Assembly (NCBI GenBank): GCA_964016885.1
Contig: OZ024742.1
Coordinates: 101,246,001 to 101,310,000 of the forward strand
Direction of reading: 5' to 3'
From: Eledone cirrhosa
Lineage: Eukaryota
DNA: 64,000 bases
A model generated the notes under the pieces. That model ran no database searches. It was not told where the DNA came from and saw only the letters and a program-made list of their open reading frames with translations. Of this stretch, positions 39,240 through 52,000 are shown in pieces. How positions within the stretch are numbered: position 1 is the first letter of the stretch; each line of letters starts with the position of its first letter. A program made the translations under genes and the position numbers.

Positions 39240-39835
39240 TATAATGTAGGAGGTGAGTTTTATTGTAGCACAATAAAGCAATGCAAATATCGGATAAGTA
39301 GCACTCAACAGTTTATAGGACTGGAGTATAAATTATATAAGATCAAATAAATACTATTCTTAATTCCTTTTTCTTTAATCATAAACATCACCATTCATAA
39401 ACCTCATTAACTTTTAATTTCAAAATTTTTTAAAATTATGTATTATCTTACAACGGTTTTTTTTATTTCTCTCTGTGAGACAGTGTTTCTCAGTATTAAA
39501 GGCTATATATCTCTCTCTCTCACTCATTTCTCCTCCTCTCTCATCCTTCCTTCTTATACTCCTCCCCCTCATCCTTTATTTTCTTTCTTCCTCTTCCTTA
39601 CCTTTCCCTTCCCTCTTCTTTTTTTTTTCCCCCAATCTCACATATTAATCTTATTTTATTTTTCATATGTAGATTTAACACTTCACTGCTCACAAGTGTT
39701 TTTTAAGCTTCATATCATGTCTCCCTATTTTATCTGATGAGAACGCAAATATCATCCCATGATGATATTTGTTTTTGAAATGCGCATAATAAAATACATG
39801 GAACTCTTTTAGCCATCTTTTGATCTTATATTATA
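39240..39835 (+). mobile_element. PLE pseudo-LTR copy with inverted terminal segment
   Basis: 39405-39830 resembles 47560-48000; 39245-39330 is the reverse complement of 48001-48085. Confidence 0.7.
39726..39796 (+). ncRNA. Type I hammerhead ribozyme
   Basis: Stem I TATTTTAT/ATAAAATA, CTGATGA, about 16-bp stem II, GAAA-T-GCGC-A-TA; cleavage predicted after 39788. Confidence 0.78.
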
Positions 39836-39878
39836 TATATATATATATAGTTATGTAATAAACAACATAAGATAATTA

Positions 39879-39938
39879 TTTCATTTACCAGTGGTTTCTT
39901 GAAAGCAACCAAAATTGCTTTCATTCATCAGAATGAAA
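39879..39938 (-). ncRNA. Type I hammerhead ribozyme
   Basis: Minus strand: TTTCATT-CTGATGA-A-TGAAAGCAA-TTTTGG-TTGCTTTCA-A-GAAA-CC-ACT-GG-TA-AATGAAA; GUA cleavage triplet. Confidence 0.75.
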
Positions 39939-40055
39939 AAATCCTGGTGTCTTTATTGACATTGGATTTGAAAAACAAAAATATAACAGATATGAAAGTG
40001 AGGCCGGAGGAAAAAAAAGGGGGGAGTGGGAGAATAATAAATAAGAATATATAAC

Positions 40056-40242
40056 TGTTTCTACTTTAGGCACAAGGCCAGCAATTAACCAGTGCATTAC
40101 TGGTACTTTATTTCATCGACTCCGTGGGGATGAAAGGCAAAGTTAACCTCGGCGGGATTTGAACTCAGAATGGCAAGGGACGTAACTCTATGCGTCAAAG
40201 CATGGCGTCCGACCCTCTACCGATACTGCCAATCCACCGCCC
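40056..40242 (-). mobile_element. Full-length tRNA-derived SINE with TSD
   Basis: Near-identical to 33906-34092; 18-bp TSD TAAATAAGAATATATAAC (40038-40055, 40243-40260). Confidence 0.9.
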
Positions 40243-40591
40243 TAAATAAGAATATATAACAACACACACGTACACACACTCACACATATATAGACACAGA
40301 GACACATACATATATATATTTTAGAGAGTTAAACAAGATTCAATGAGTACATCAAAGAATGAGTTTTAGCGTAGATTGAAAGCAGTCTACAGTGGATATT
40401 TTCCAGAGTTATTAATATTAAATTCAAATATTAATAAAATAGATACTACCTTGATTAAATCTTAACCATTTAACATGTCAGGGTATGTCATGTATCATTT
40501 TATTTTATCTGATGAGGACGTACTATTGAACTTGATTCAAGTACCTCTAATTGATCACAAGAACATCTATTTTATTAATATTTCAATTTAA

Positions 40592-40625
<34 letters not shown>

Positions 40626-40628
40626 CAT

Positions 40629-40676
<48 letters not shown>

Positions 40677-41107
40677 ACATACATACATACACACATACAT
40701 ACACACATATATACACACATGCATACGTACTCACATATAAAAGGATACATATGCACAAACACAAATAAGGATTTAAAAAATCATAGTAGGCCGTCACATA
40801 CAAATAAGCAAATAAAAAATAAGGATTAACAAAAAATTAAAAAAATAAAAGAATATTATTAAGTTGACAGCGATACTAATTTGCATATCGAGTGAGTTCA
40901 GTCGGCCGGGCGCACCGAAAACGATAAATGGAATAGAATGAAACGAAATTTCATTTCTCACTCTTAATACGGCACTTACTTAAATGTAAGTATGTATGTA
41001 TACGTACTCACTGAACTCACTCGATATGCAAATTAGGCTGCTCAGCCGTTAATATGCATCAGGAAAGTATATACTTTCAGGCGTTCAACCATCTGGCAGG
41101 AAGGTAT

Positions 41108-41150
41108 ACGATGCTGACGATAGCTAATAAGCTTGAAACTAGTATATCGT
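41108..41150 (+). ncRNA. Minimal type I hammerhead ribozyme
   Basis: ACGATG-CTGACGA-TAGCTAATAAGCTT-GAAA-CTAG-TA-TATCGT; palindromic ACTAGT stem III; stem I extendable via CAGGA/TCCTG. Confidence 0.68.
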
Positions 41151-41746
41151 TCCTGTGTTAGTGTTGAACAAAAAGGTGACGTGGTTGCCTAAACACTCTA
41201 CGGCGTAATTCGGGCTGTTTGTTTACAAATAAACCGAGCTTATAATAAATGTTCGGTAAACCGATACGTGCATATATATGTGTGTGCATGTATGTATATA
41301 TATACATACTACTGTACGTCTGTATACATATAGGTATGTACGTATACATACATACATACTTACATTTAAGTACTGCCGTACTAAGAGTGAGAAATGAAAT
41401 TTCGTTTCATTCTATTCCATTTAAAATATATATATATATATATATATATATTTATTAAATAACAGATTAAAGTTTAAGCAAAGAATCGCTGCTTTCACCC
41501 TTAGTCTTCAAATTTATTATTATTACTATATATATATTATTATTACTATATATATATGTAGATAAATCTACCAAAAGTTTACGGTAGTGTCCAATCCGTA
41601 TGAAGAACTCAATGTAATCCGGATATCATGAAAAGAGAAGATGCATTCAAAAACTACTTTCGGTGAAAAATAAACGGAAAATAGAGTCAAGATAAATTAA
41701 TAAAATATTGAATAAACAAAGAAACAGTTTCTTATATTAAAAAAAT

Positions 41747-41888
41747 TCATCATTTTACGATCGTTTCTAGGATATATATGTGTTAGAGTTGGTATGCATA
41801 TTCTATAGATCTATGTACAATATTTATACAAACTATCAGAGGGAATATACATACCTACACATATATATGCTGTCTTCAGAAATAATGA
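41747..41888 (-). ncRNA. Hammerhead ribozyme with about 105-nt stem II (3' pLTR)
   Basis: Minus strand: TCATTATTT-CTGAAGA-[105-nt hairpin]-GAAA-C-GATC-G-TA-AAATGATGA. Confidence 0.72.
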
Positions 41889-42584
41889 TATTTGTTTATT
41901 GAAAAAAACAAAGATTCAATACAATAGGTCTGTTTGGGAACAGGTTTTGAATTGACTAATAGAGAGATAGTGAGGGTCAGGATAGTAATATAGTAGTAGA
42001 AGAACCTTAAATTATGGGTAGAGGAAGGTAGATTTCAGTTTTGGATGGAAAAGAATATTATGAATGAAGGCTTATTTTAGGGAAGAAATAGGTCTTATGC
42101 TGACCTCAGAAATAATTTTATTTTTTCATTGAATAAAACCAACAAAGATCTAATATATTCTGTCTGTTTGGTAAGAGGTTTAGAATTAACCAATAGAAAG
42201 TTAATAATTGGCCAAATGATAAAATAGTAGTAATTGAAGCTTATGTTAGGGGTGAAAATGGGTCAGGTGGTCAGTAAAAGGTATACAAGCAGTTGCTGTT
42301 ATAAAATAGTAATGCCAATACAAATATCTAAGGTGACTAAAGTTTTAAGATAAGAATGTTAGTGAAAAAAATACATCTATGAAAAGAATATAAATTAATT
42401 TAATTGATGGGTATATTTATATTGATAAAATTATACTAATACATATAGATATGATAAATAAGAGTTAGATGCAGTTGAAAAGTGCTGTTAAAGATGAGGG
42501 GAAATTAAAAGAATATAAAAATAATATATATATATATATATATACTCATACATATATATATATATACATATATATACACATACG

Positions 42585-42649
<65 letters not shown>

Positions 42650-42719
42650 TTATATATATACATATATATACATATACATACACATACACACATATATATA
42701 TATACATATACATATACAT

Positions 42720-42758
<39 letters not shown>

Positions 42759-43176
42759 GATATATACATGCATATATACATACATACACATACATATACA
42801 CACACATATACACTTATATATACATATAATTATTGGGGGGGGTTAAATTTATTAGTGAGAAATAGTAAATATATATAGTTTTCAAGGAACATAGAGTCAT
42901 AACCTGAAGTTAAAGCATTATATATGTTTACTTAATGGTATCAGTTTTAGGAAATGATATTTGTAAGAAGGAAAGCAAAATTATGTAGTTCATCAGGAGT
43001 AGAATATTAATTATAGGTTAACTAATTTAAAAATAGTTTATATATTAATTTCAAAAGTGTATATTAATTAGGTTTATAATTTTTAAAGCAGAATTATGTA
43101 GTTCATCAGTAGTAGAATATTAATTATAGGTTAACTAAATTAAAAATAATTTATAAATTAATTTCTAAAGTGTATA

Positions 43177-45653
43177 TTAATTAGGTTTATAATATTTAAA
43201 GGTTTTTCTCAGTTTATGATTACACGATATTATTAATTCCTGTCGCTTATTTAATAGGATATCTTTAGATTTCATTATTTCAAAAAGTTCTTGGGAACAT
43301 AATCTACATTCATTTCTACTATTTTGATAAGGGGTGGCCCTTTTGAGCACACTCCAGGTCAGGTCATACTCTATATTCCTCTTTCTATAACTATTTATTA
43401 TTTCAGCTAGAGATGTTGTATTAGCTAGTGCAGCATTTTTAAAGCTATGTTTGTGGGTATTAAATCTTACCTTAAATTTGTTAGAGGTAGCTCCTATATA
43501 TGAATAAATTGAGTCCTTAGTATATAAATGTAAAGTTAACACTATGTTATTAACAAGGCAAATTCCTTTTAATGGACAATTTGCCTTGTTTCTACAGTTA
43601 CAACTTTTCGTGAATCCTGTATCTGAGGAGATATTATGGTTAGTTTGATGTACTGGTGGTATACTCATGGTTTTTTTTACATTTATATGCATTATAGGCA
43701 CTTATATTTTGTTTTATGTTTTTGGTTGTTGAGTAGGAGAATTTAACCGTTGATCTATTTAAGATTTGATGGTATTTGTGGTTTGGCGGGAAGTTTTTCT
43801 CTAGGATATTAAAGAATTTTTTAGGTATATTATCCTTAATTTGTAAATTAAATGGAGCATTGTACCAAGTAACTCGTCTATTACGGTTTCGATGTTGTTT
43901 ATTGTTTTTATAGGATGCATCCTGATGTTTATTAAGAGAATTATTGTTAATGACCTCACCACACACATTTTTAGTTAGATTTATTGATTTAGGTGTTTTA
44001 GCTTGTTTATTAGGAGTTTTATAATTAACATTTATTAGAGTTGTAGGATGAGTAGTTTTTTGAGAGTTACTATACTGTATATTAGAAGAGTTAGAGAAAT
44101 TTGGTTTTATGTTGGTGTTTTGGGGTATAGTGTGAGTGGCATTTAGGTGTGTATGTTTCATTTGGTGTTTGTTGGTAATATTAGGTTGTACGTTTGTAGT
44201 GTTATTGGTAGAAGGTATATATACTAATCTATTTTTGTGGCCACTTCTAGCTAGAGCTTCGTTATAAAAGGTCGCATTTTTATCAAATACATCTTGGTTA
44301 GACGAAAGGTTAGAAATTCTAAGTGATATATTATATGCAAGGTTTTTAAGGATAGATTTAGGGTGATTAGATTGTGAGTGTATGTAGTGTAAATTTTGGT
44401 TGGGTTTATGGTAAGGTTGGTAGATACCCGTAGATAAGTCTAATGTTATATCTAGGAAATTAACTACTTTACTTGTGTTTTCAAATGTAATATCTAGACT
44501 ATAATAGTCTTTGAGGAAAGTTCTAATAAGCTTTTTATTTTTTTCTATCTCTGAGAGGCTAAGGTTATTGGAAAGGAGAAGACAGTCGTCACGATATAAA
44601 CCACCTTTAAGGTGGGGAAAAGAAGCATTTATGTTAAAAAGAAGAAAGAGGCCCACAAGATCAGTAATTTGGGCAGAATCGCTTGAGCCCATAGTAATAT
44701 CGAATAGATTACTATATGTGTTTCTGGTCCAGTATTCATTCTGAAATTCCAATAGTGTTAGTCTAGCATGTGTAATAATATTAATGTCATCCAAAGTTAA
44801 GTTAGATCTATTTTTAGCAAATATCAAGGCTTTGTTCAGGAGTATAGGTGATATAGAAGAATAATAATTATCTATATCAAATTGTAGAAATGAAGCAGAG
44901 GATTTATTTCTAATATTATTAAACCAGTTAATTACCTGGGATGTGTTTTCCCAGAATGGTAAATTAACATGTTTTCTTAGTTGTGGGATGACTCTATCTA
45001 AAAAAATTTTACTAATTATTCCAATATCAGATATGGAAGGGCATATAAGCCTTATAGAAGGATTAGAGTTAAAGTTAGATTTATGATCTTTCAGGTTGAA
45101 GTGTGGTCTTTTCAACGCCAAAGGTTCAGTTCTATCTTCAATATTAAGTCTATTCACTATGCTGTGTGTTTTGTTGTTGATGTTGGTAAGTGACGCATTA
45201 TTTGTTTTTCTATAATTTTTCCTGAGTTCTTTATATATGAACTCATTGTAATTTTCAATATCCATGTGATATAGATTTCTAGTTTTGTCCGAGTGGACAT
45301 GGATTTTTTTAGATTTTTTTTAGGTCCAATAGGGTAGAATCAAGGTCCTTTTGAAAATTAGATTTATACCTCTTAAATTTGAGGTGTTTGATTAAATTAA
45401 AAAGGTCTTTCTCAAAGTTTTCAAGTAAGGAGTTGTGTGGTGGATTTTTATATGTAGTGAAATCATACAAATATTTCCTATCAGTACATTTTGTTTTTTT
45501 ATCGTAGTGGTAGGCCCTCCATCTGATTCTTCTGATAAATTGGTTGGTTTTTTGTATCATAAGAAGTAAGAAATCATCCTTAGAAGGTAATGGTATATTC
45601 TTTAAAGAAGTTCCCAAGTATTGTTTTTCCATTGTGATATGGATAATGGACAA
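43177..45653 (-). pseudogene. PLE polyprotein (N-terminus, RT, thumb, CxCx5C linker, GIY-YIG endonuclease) split by two frameshifts
   Basis: SLKNIPLPS..RRIRWRA; FLQFDIDNYY; ITMGSSDSAQITDL; LYRDD; NFLDITL; CNCRNKANCPL; SYIGAT..FKVRFNTHKHSF; CRLC..E; breaks near A/T homopolymers at about 45305 and 43675. Confidence 0.88.
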
Positions 45654-45974
45654 GAAAAAGAGCTCAACTATTTGTATATGGAGTTATAAAGTTATACACA
45701 TATATGTATATATATATAAATATATATACACATACAATATAAAAATAAAAATAAGAATATCCCCATGAAAATAGGAGCAAAGTATGTAGATAAATCTACC
45801 AAAAGTTTACGGTAGTGTCCATTCCGTATGAAGAACTCAATGTAATCCGGATATCATGAAAAGAGAAGATGCATTCAAAAACTACTTTCGGTGAAAAATA
45901 AACGGAAAACAGAGTCAAGATAAATTAATAAAATATTGAATAAACAAAGAAACAGTTTCTTATATTAAAAAAAT

Positions 45975-46116
45975 TCATCATTTTACGATCGTTTCTAGGA
46001 TATATATGTGTTAGAGTTGGTATGCATATTCTATAGATCTATGTACAATATTTATACAAACTATCAGAGGGAATATACATACCTACACATATATATGCTG
46101 TCTTCAGAAATAATGA
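45975..46116 (-). ncRNA. Hammerhead ribozyme with about 105-nt stem II (5' pLTR)
   Basis: Copy of 41747-41888 at offset 4228. Confidence 0.72.
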
Positions 46117-47369
46117 TATTTGTTTATTGAAAAAAACAAAGATTCAATACAATAGGTCTGTTTGGGAACAGGTTTTGAATTGACCAATAGAGAGATAGTG
46201 AGGGTCAGGATAGTAATATAGTAGTAGAAGAACCTTAAATTATGGGTAGAGGAAGGTAGATTTCAGTTTTGGATGGAAAAGAATATTATGAATGAAGGAT
46301 TATTTTAGGGAAGAAATAGGTCTTATGCTGACCTCAGAAATAATTTTATTTTTTCATTGAATAAAACCAACAAATTTGTATTTAGTATTTAGTATTTTAT
46401 AAGAACTCACAGTAGAATAATTAATCATGATCATTCCAATAACTTTAATAAAAGACCTGATTAATTATTCTACTGTGAGTTCTTCTAGATACAAAAACAT
46501 AATCTGGTATAATTCTCCTTTCTCCATCTCTATTAATAACAATATTCCTAAATTATTCTTTAGTGCCTTAAATAAATGCTTCCCTCCCTCACATATCTAT
46601 AGTAAAATATTTAACAAACACACTATAAAATTTTCCTATTCTACATCCTCCAACATTTCCAACATTATCTCTAAACACAACAATAAAATACTAAATACTA
46701 AATCTCTTCCTTCCAACACTGAATATCATAATAATAGTAATAGTACTCCCGACGTCATTGTAAACCCTAGGCTAATTTCTGCAAACCCAAATACAACGTC
46801 AAACACAACTTCGCTAAAAATTTGCAATCTCTGTCTAAATGAAAAATTTACCATTATATCTAATTTAGATTCTATAATAAATAGACGCACTGACTTGTTT
46901 TCTATCTGCTTGCATAAATTCAACAAAACATTCCACAAAGTATACAGCTAATATTCTTTATCAATTTAGAATCTTTTTCTCAAAGGCACATATATATATA
47001 TATATACACTTCTTTAAAAATATACCCATCTTTCTACCTTATTTCAAAGGTTATTATACATTCTATAATACTTGTTACTCATTCTATATCGCTCCTATTT
47101 ATCACTTCCCTTTCTTCTCTTTCTCTTTTAATGTCTAACCCCTAATCTGTACCTTTTCTCACTGTTGCCTAACATAGAATCAATTATTACATAATACAAT
47201 ACATTCTTACTCTATATCACCTTGTAAAAATCCTTCGTAAACAAACATTTTTTTGACGTTAGATTATTCATCCTCAATTCATTATTTTTTTCTCCCTTTC
47301 ATCTAACTCATTCATGCTCATCTCACAATATATCCTTACTTAAATTACCTGTTATTCTTTTTAATAATA

Positions 47370-47535
47370 CATATCGACATTTTCTTTCCATCGCACATAT
47401 TATTAAACCCTTATTATCATTCTTAATACATATTAACTTTTTCTTTTCCATCGCACATGTTATTAAACCCTTAAATATTATTCTTAATACATATTAACAT
47501 TTTCTTTTTCATCGCACATATTATTAAACCCCTCA
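47370..47535. repeat. About 60-bp tandem repeat, 3 copies
   Basis: catcgcacatRttattaaaccc at about 47389, 47449 and 47510. Confidence 0.75.
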
Positions 47536-47888
47536 ATATACAAACCTTAACTTTACATTATTTTTCTCTTCGTTAATTTTCAAATTCTTTTAATTTATAC
47601 ATTATCTTCCAACGGTTTTTCAACCTCTCTATGTAAAACAATATATCTTTTTCAGTTATAAAAGCTATCTCTCTCTCTCTATCACCCATCTCTCCTCCTA
47701 TCTCATCCTTCCTCATTATACTCCTCCCTCTCCACTTTTTACTCTCATCTCCTCCTCTTTTTCATCCTACCCCCCCCCCCCTCAAAATAAAATATTTTTT
47801 CCAATATCACACATCAATCTAAAACTACTTTTCATATGTTGATTTAAAACTATCCACAAGTGTTTTTAACCTTCATATCATGTCTTCC

Positions 47889-47959
47889 TGTTTTATCTGA
47901 TGAAAACACAAATATTATTGCATGATGATATTTGTTTTTGAAATGCGCATAATAAAATA
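47889..47959 (+). ncRNA. Type I hammerhead ribozyme (paralogue of 39726)
   Basis: TGTTTTAT-CTGATGA-stem II-GAAA-TGCGCA-TA-ATAAAATA. Confidence 0.75.
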
Positions 47960-48499
47960 CATGGAACTCTTTTAACCATCTTTTGTTCTTATATATTATG
48001 TATACTCCAGTCCTACAAACTGTAGAGTGCTTCTTATCCGATATCTGCATTGCTTTATTGTATTACAATAAATCTCACCTCCTATATATATATATATATA
48101 TAATTATATATATATATATATATTAGAAAGTGAGGTTTTTTTTACAAAATGAAAAATAACTGAGGTGTCCTACACGAGTGAAAGTATAAAGAAAAAAAGA
48201 TGAAATCGAAAATGCAACTGGAGTCTTATTTAAAAAAAAATATATATATTTATTTGGTTCCTTTACCGGTTTCGCAGTTCTTCTGCTTTTCAAAAGTAGA
48301 GTTGAGATGGAGGGTCTGTGGTTTTTCTCACATCTGGTTGGTCTCTGAATGTTACTTGTTTTATATGGAAAAAGTGGCTCGAAATGCCAGGTTTTTCGAG
48401 AAGTAATTTGATTGGTTGGTCAATAATTATAATAAATTTCGCGCCAGTTCGCGTTAAAATTTCTTCAAACAAGGGGGGGGGGTTTGTCACAGGTTGTTT

Positions 48500-49039
<540 letters not shown>

Positions 49040-49040
<1 letters not shown>

Positions 49041-52000
49041 GATATTGCTAACTATTACTCATCTATCACTCCTAATCTACTGAATAAGGCACTAACTTAC
49101 GCATTTAAACATACAGACATAACTAGCAATGAAATGCACATTATATTATCGGCACGGAAAACATTAATAGAATTTAATAACCAACTCTGGACTAGGGCAG
49201 ATAGAAATATTAATTTCGACATAACTATGGGATCTTCCGATTCCGCTCAGGTAACGGATCTTGTGGGCCTATTTATAATTAATTCTCTACATAGAAAAAT
49301 ACCTGAGATAACCGGAGGTTTATATCGTGACGACATGCTTTTACTTATAGAAAATAATAACTGTGAACTAAATAGAAAAAGAAAATAAATTATACAATTT
49401 TTTAATTACCTTAATCTAAAAGTAGAAATAGAGAATAACCATAAAAGAGTCAATTTTCTAGATGTAACACTAAATCTTAACACATGTCTTCATTATCCAT
49501 TTCACAAACTAAATGAGAACTTAAATTACGTCAATTTTAACTCTAATCACCCCAGATCCGTTAAAAATACTATAGTGAACTCTGTACAAGAACGAATTTC
49601 GAGAATTTCAGCTAATAAGAATATATTTGATGAAAAAGCACATTATTACAACGAAGCGTTAGGTAGAGCTGGGTATAGAAATAAAATTAAATACATCGAT
49701 GATAATAATAATAATATAACAAGTAACTATAATCGTAACAATTTTAACTATGGTAACAATTTTAACAACTATAATAGAAAACCTTACATTAATTCCGAAA
49801 GCCGAAAAAGAAATAGAACTAGGAACATATTATGGTTCGCTCCTCCTTTCTCATTAAATATTAAAACCCCTATTGCTAAACTATTTTTTAAAGCTCTTGA
49901 CAAATGCTTCCCTAGAACACATAGATATTACTCAATTTTTAATAGACATACTATAAAATTAACTTATTCTTCCACCAAAGATTTAGCGCAAAATATTAAT
50001 AGAATTAATAATAAAAATTTAAAACCTAACCAAAATACCAATAATAACCCAAGCAATATTCAATCTGATAAATGTAACTGTAGAAATAAATCTAACTGTC
50101 CGTTAAATAACAATTGCTTAGCTAAAAATGTAGTATATAATTGTAATGTAAAAACTAATTTAAATTCATTTAATTATGTGGGATCTACTTCCACAGAGTT
50201 TAAATCCCGCTTCAATAATCATAAAAATTCTTTTACAGATCCAAACAAAAAATCTTCAACTTCTCTATCTAGCCTATTATGGGACCTAAAACTAAAGAAC
50301 GTTGAATATTCGTTGATTTGGAATATTATTTCAAAAGCTACTCCTTTTAACTCCTCTTCAGAAAATTGCGATCTTTGTATAGAGGAAATATTCTTTATAT
50401 TAAAGACCAAAAATTCCCTGAACTTAAGGAATAATTTATTCAGTTGCTGCAGACATAGATTAAACTCAACGTTTAAATATAAATATAAATTTAAAATGTA
50501 GTATATAATTAATTAATTAATTTTATTAATATATGAAACCTGTCGATAAATCATTAGATTCCTTCATCTTTTTTGACTGATTATACACTCAAGTAAAAAT
50601 AACTTTTCTTCCTAAATATAAATAAATATAAATATAATAAACTATTCTAGAGAAATATATTGAGAGCTCTTGAAAGGAGAAAATATTTCCTATTTCTTTT
50701 TTTTTTTTTTTTTTATTGTTTTCTTATTGTTCTGATAGCTTGTCCTATTTTCGAAAGTTTATCCTTTCAAAATTTTGAGTTAAATATACGTAAGATAAAT
50801 TTCTATACTAAATCTATTAAACATACTATTATTTTGAAATTATAACTTAAAATATTCTATAATATTTTAAAATTGTATTGCTTTAAAGTTATATTGCTTA
50901 TAATTATATTTCCAAATTGTAATATAATCCTTTTGTATTTTATGTACTCAATTATACTATGTACTGTATTTATATATATACTCTCTATATGTGTGTATAT
51001 GTGTATGTGTGTGTATTGACATACATGTACATATGTTCTATGCGTTTTTATGAATGTATGTCTGTCGGTATGTATATGTATGCGTGATGCGTATCTACCT
51101 ATTGGCTGAGGGTACACACACATGTATATATATGTATATATGAGAATTGTGTATATGCATGTGCGTGTATATCCATACAATTTGATTGCACTTATGTATA
51201 GTGATTATCTCAATGATTCCTGACAGATAGACATATAATTAACAGCCATAAATACATAACAGGTAATCTTATAAAACTTATATAAAAAAATTTGTTTAAT
51301 AACATAAAGTGTGTATAACATAAAATTTCCTTTAATATCTTAACAATTATAACATTTTAAAGATTCCTATATCTTAAATTAAATTAAAGAATCCTTTATG
51401 CTTTGTGTGTATATATTATATACGTAGTTAGATATGTTATGTATTTTATAAGTGTGTATATATATTTATATGTATTTTTGCGTGTGTATACGTCTTATAT
51501 GATATGTAGTTCTCTAGCAATATATGGATTTCTTAATGTATAGATGCCAATTTTTAATATATTGATCTCAATTTTTAAATGATTAACTAAACATCTAATC
51601 ATATTTAAACAATGATTAATTTCTCATATTATATATGTATATTCCATTCATGATTATTAACATTTCTAATTTTATTTATTCATTTCATCTCAATTGTTAA
51701 GTTAACTCAACAAGATATGACTTAGAGTTTTCGTTCTCTCCCCTTCTCTCTGTCACCTCTCTCTATATATATATCTTTCTCTCTCTGTTGTTTTGGTCTC
51801 TCTCTCTCTCTCTCTTTTCTCTCTCTCCTTCTTTTTCTTTCTCTGTAACCCAACGGCTTATTTTAAAAATAAAAATATCCAATACTAATAATAATATAAG
51901 TAAACAACTCCACTATCCGGAGCTTCCAACAGTAATGGTTGCATTTTTTAAGGGTATGTCAATATTTATTTATAAATCTGATCTATATTATATTTTGTCT

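Larger units (their letters stand above)
41555..46374 (-). mobile_element. Near-complete Penelope-like retroelement (RT plus C-terminal GIY-YIG) with 592-bp direct pseudo-LTRs
   Basis: 41555-42146 repeated at 45783-46374 (about 4 substitutions by eye); RT and endonuclease ORFs between them; inserted at a TA-rich microsatellite. Confidence 0.9.
46427..48085 (+). mobile_element. Internally deleted PLE 3' part plus pLTR
   Basis: ORF 46427-46951 IIWYNSPFS..CFPPSH..IFNKHTIKFSYS..CNLCLNEK..CLHK (GIY-YIG core deleted); HHR at 47889; ends in (TA)n. Confidence 0.8.

Noticed and set aside
40502-40570. TATTTTAT-CTGATGA-hairpin-TAAT-TGATCA motif
   Set aside because: GAAA and the stem I 3' strand are degenerate; not called as a functional ribozyme
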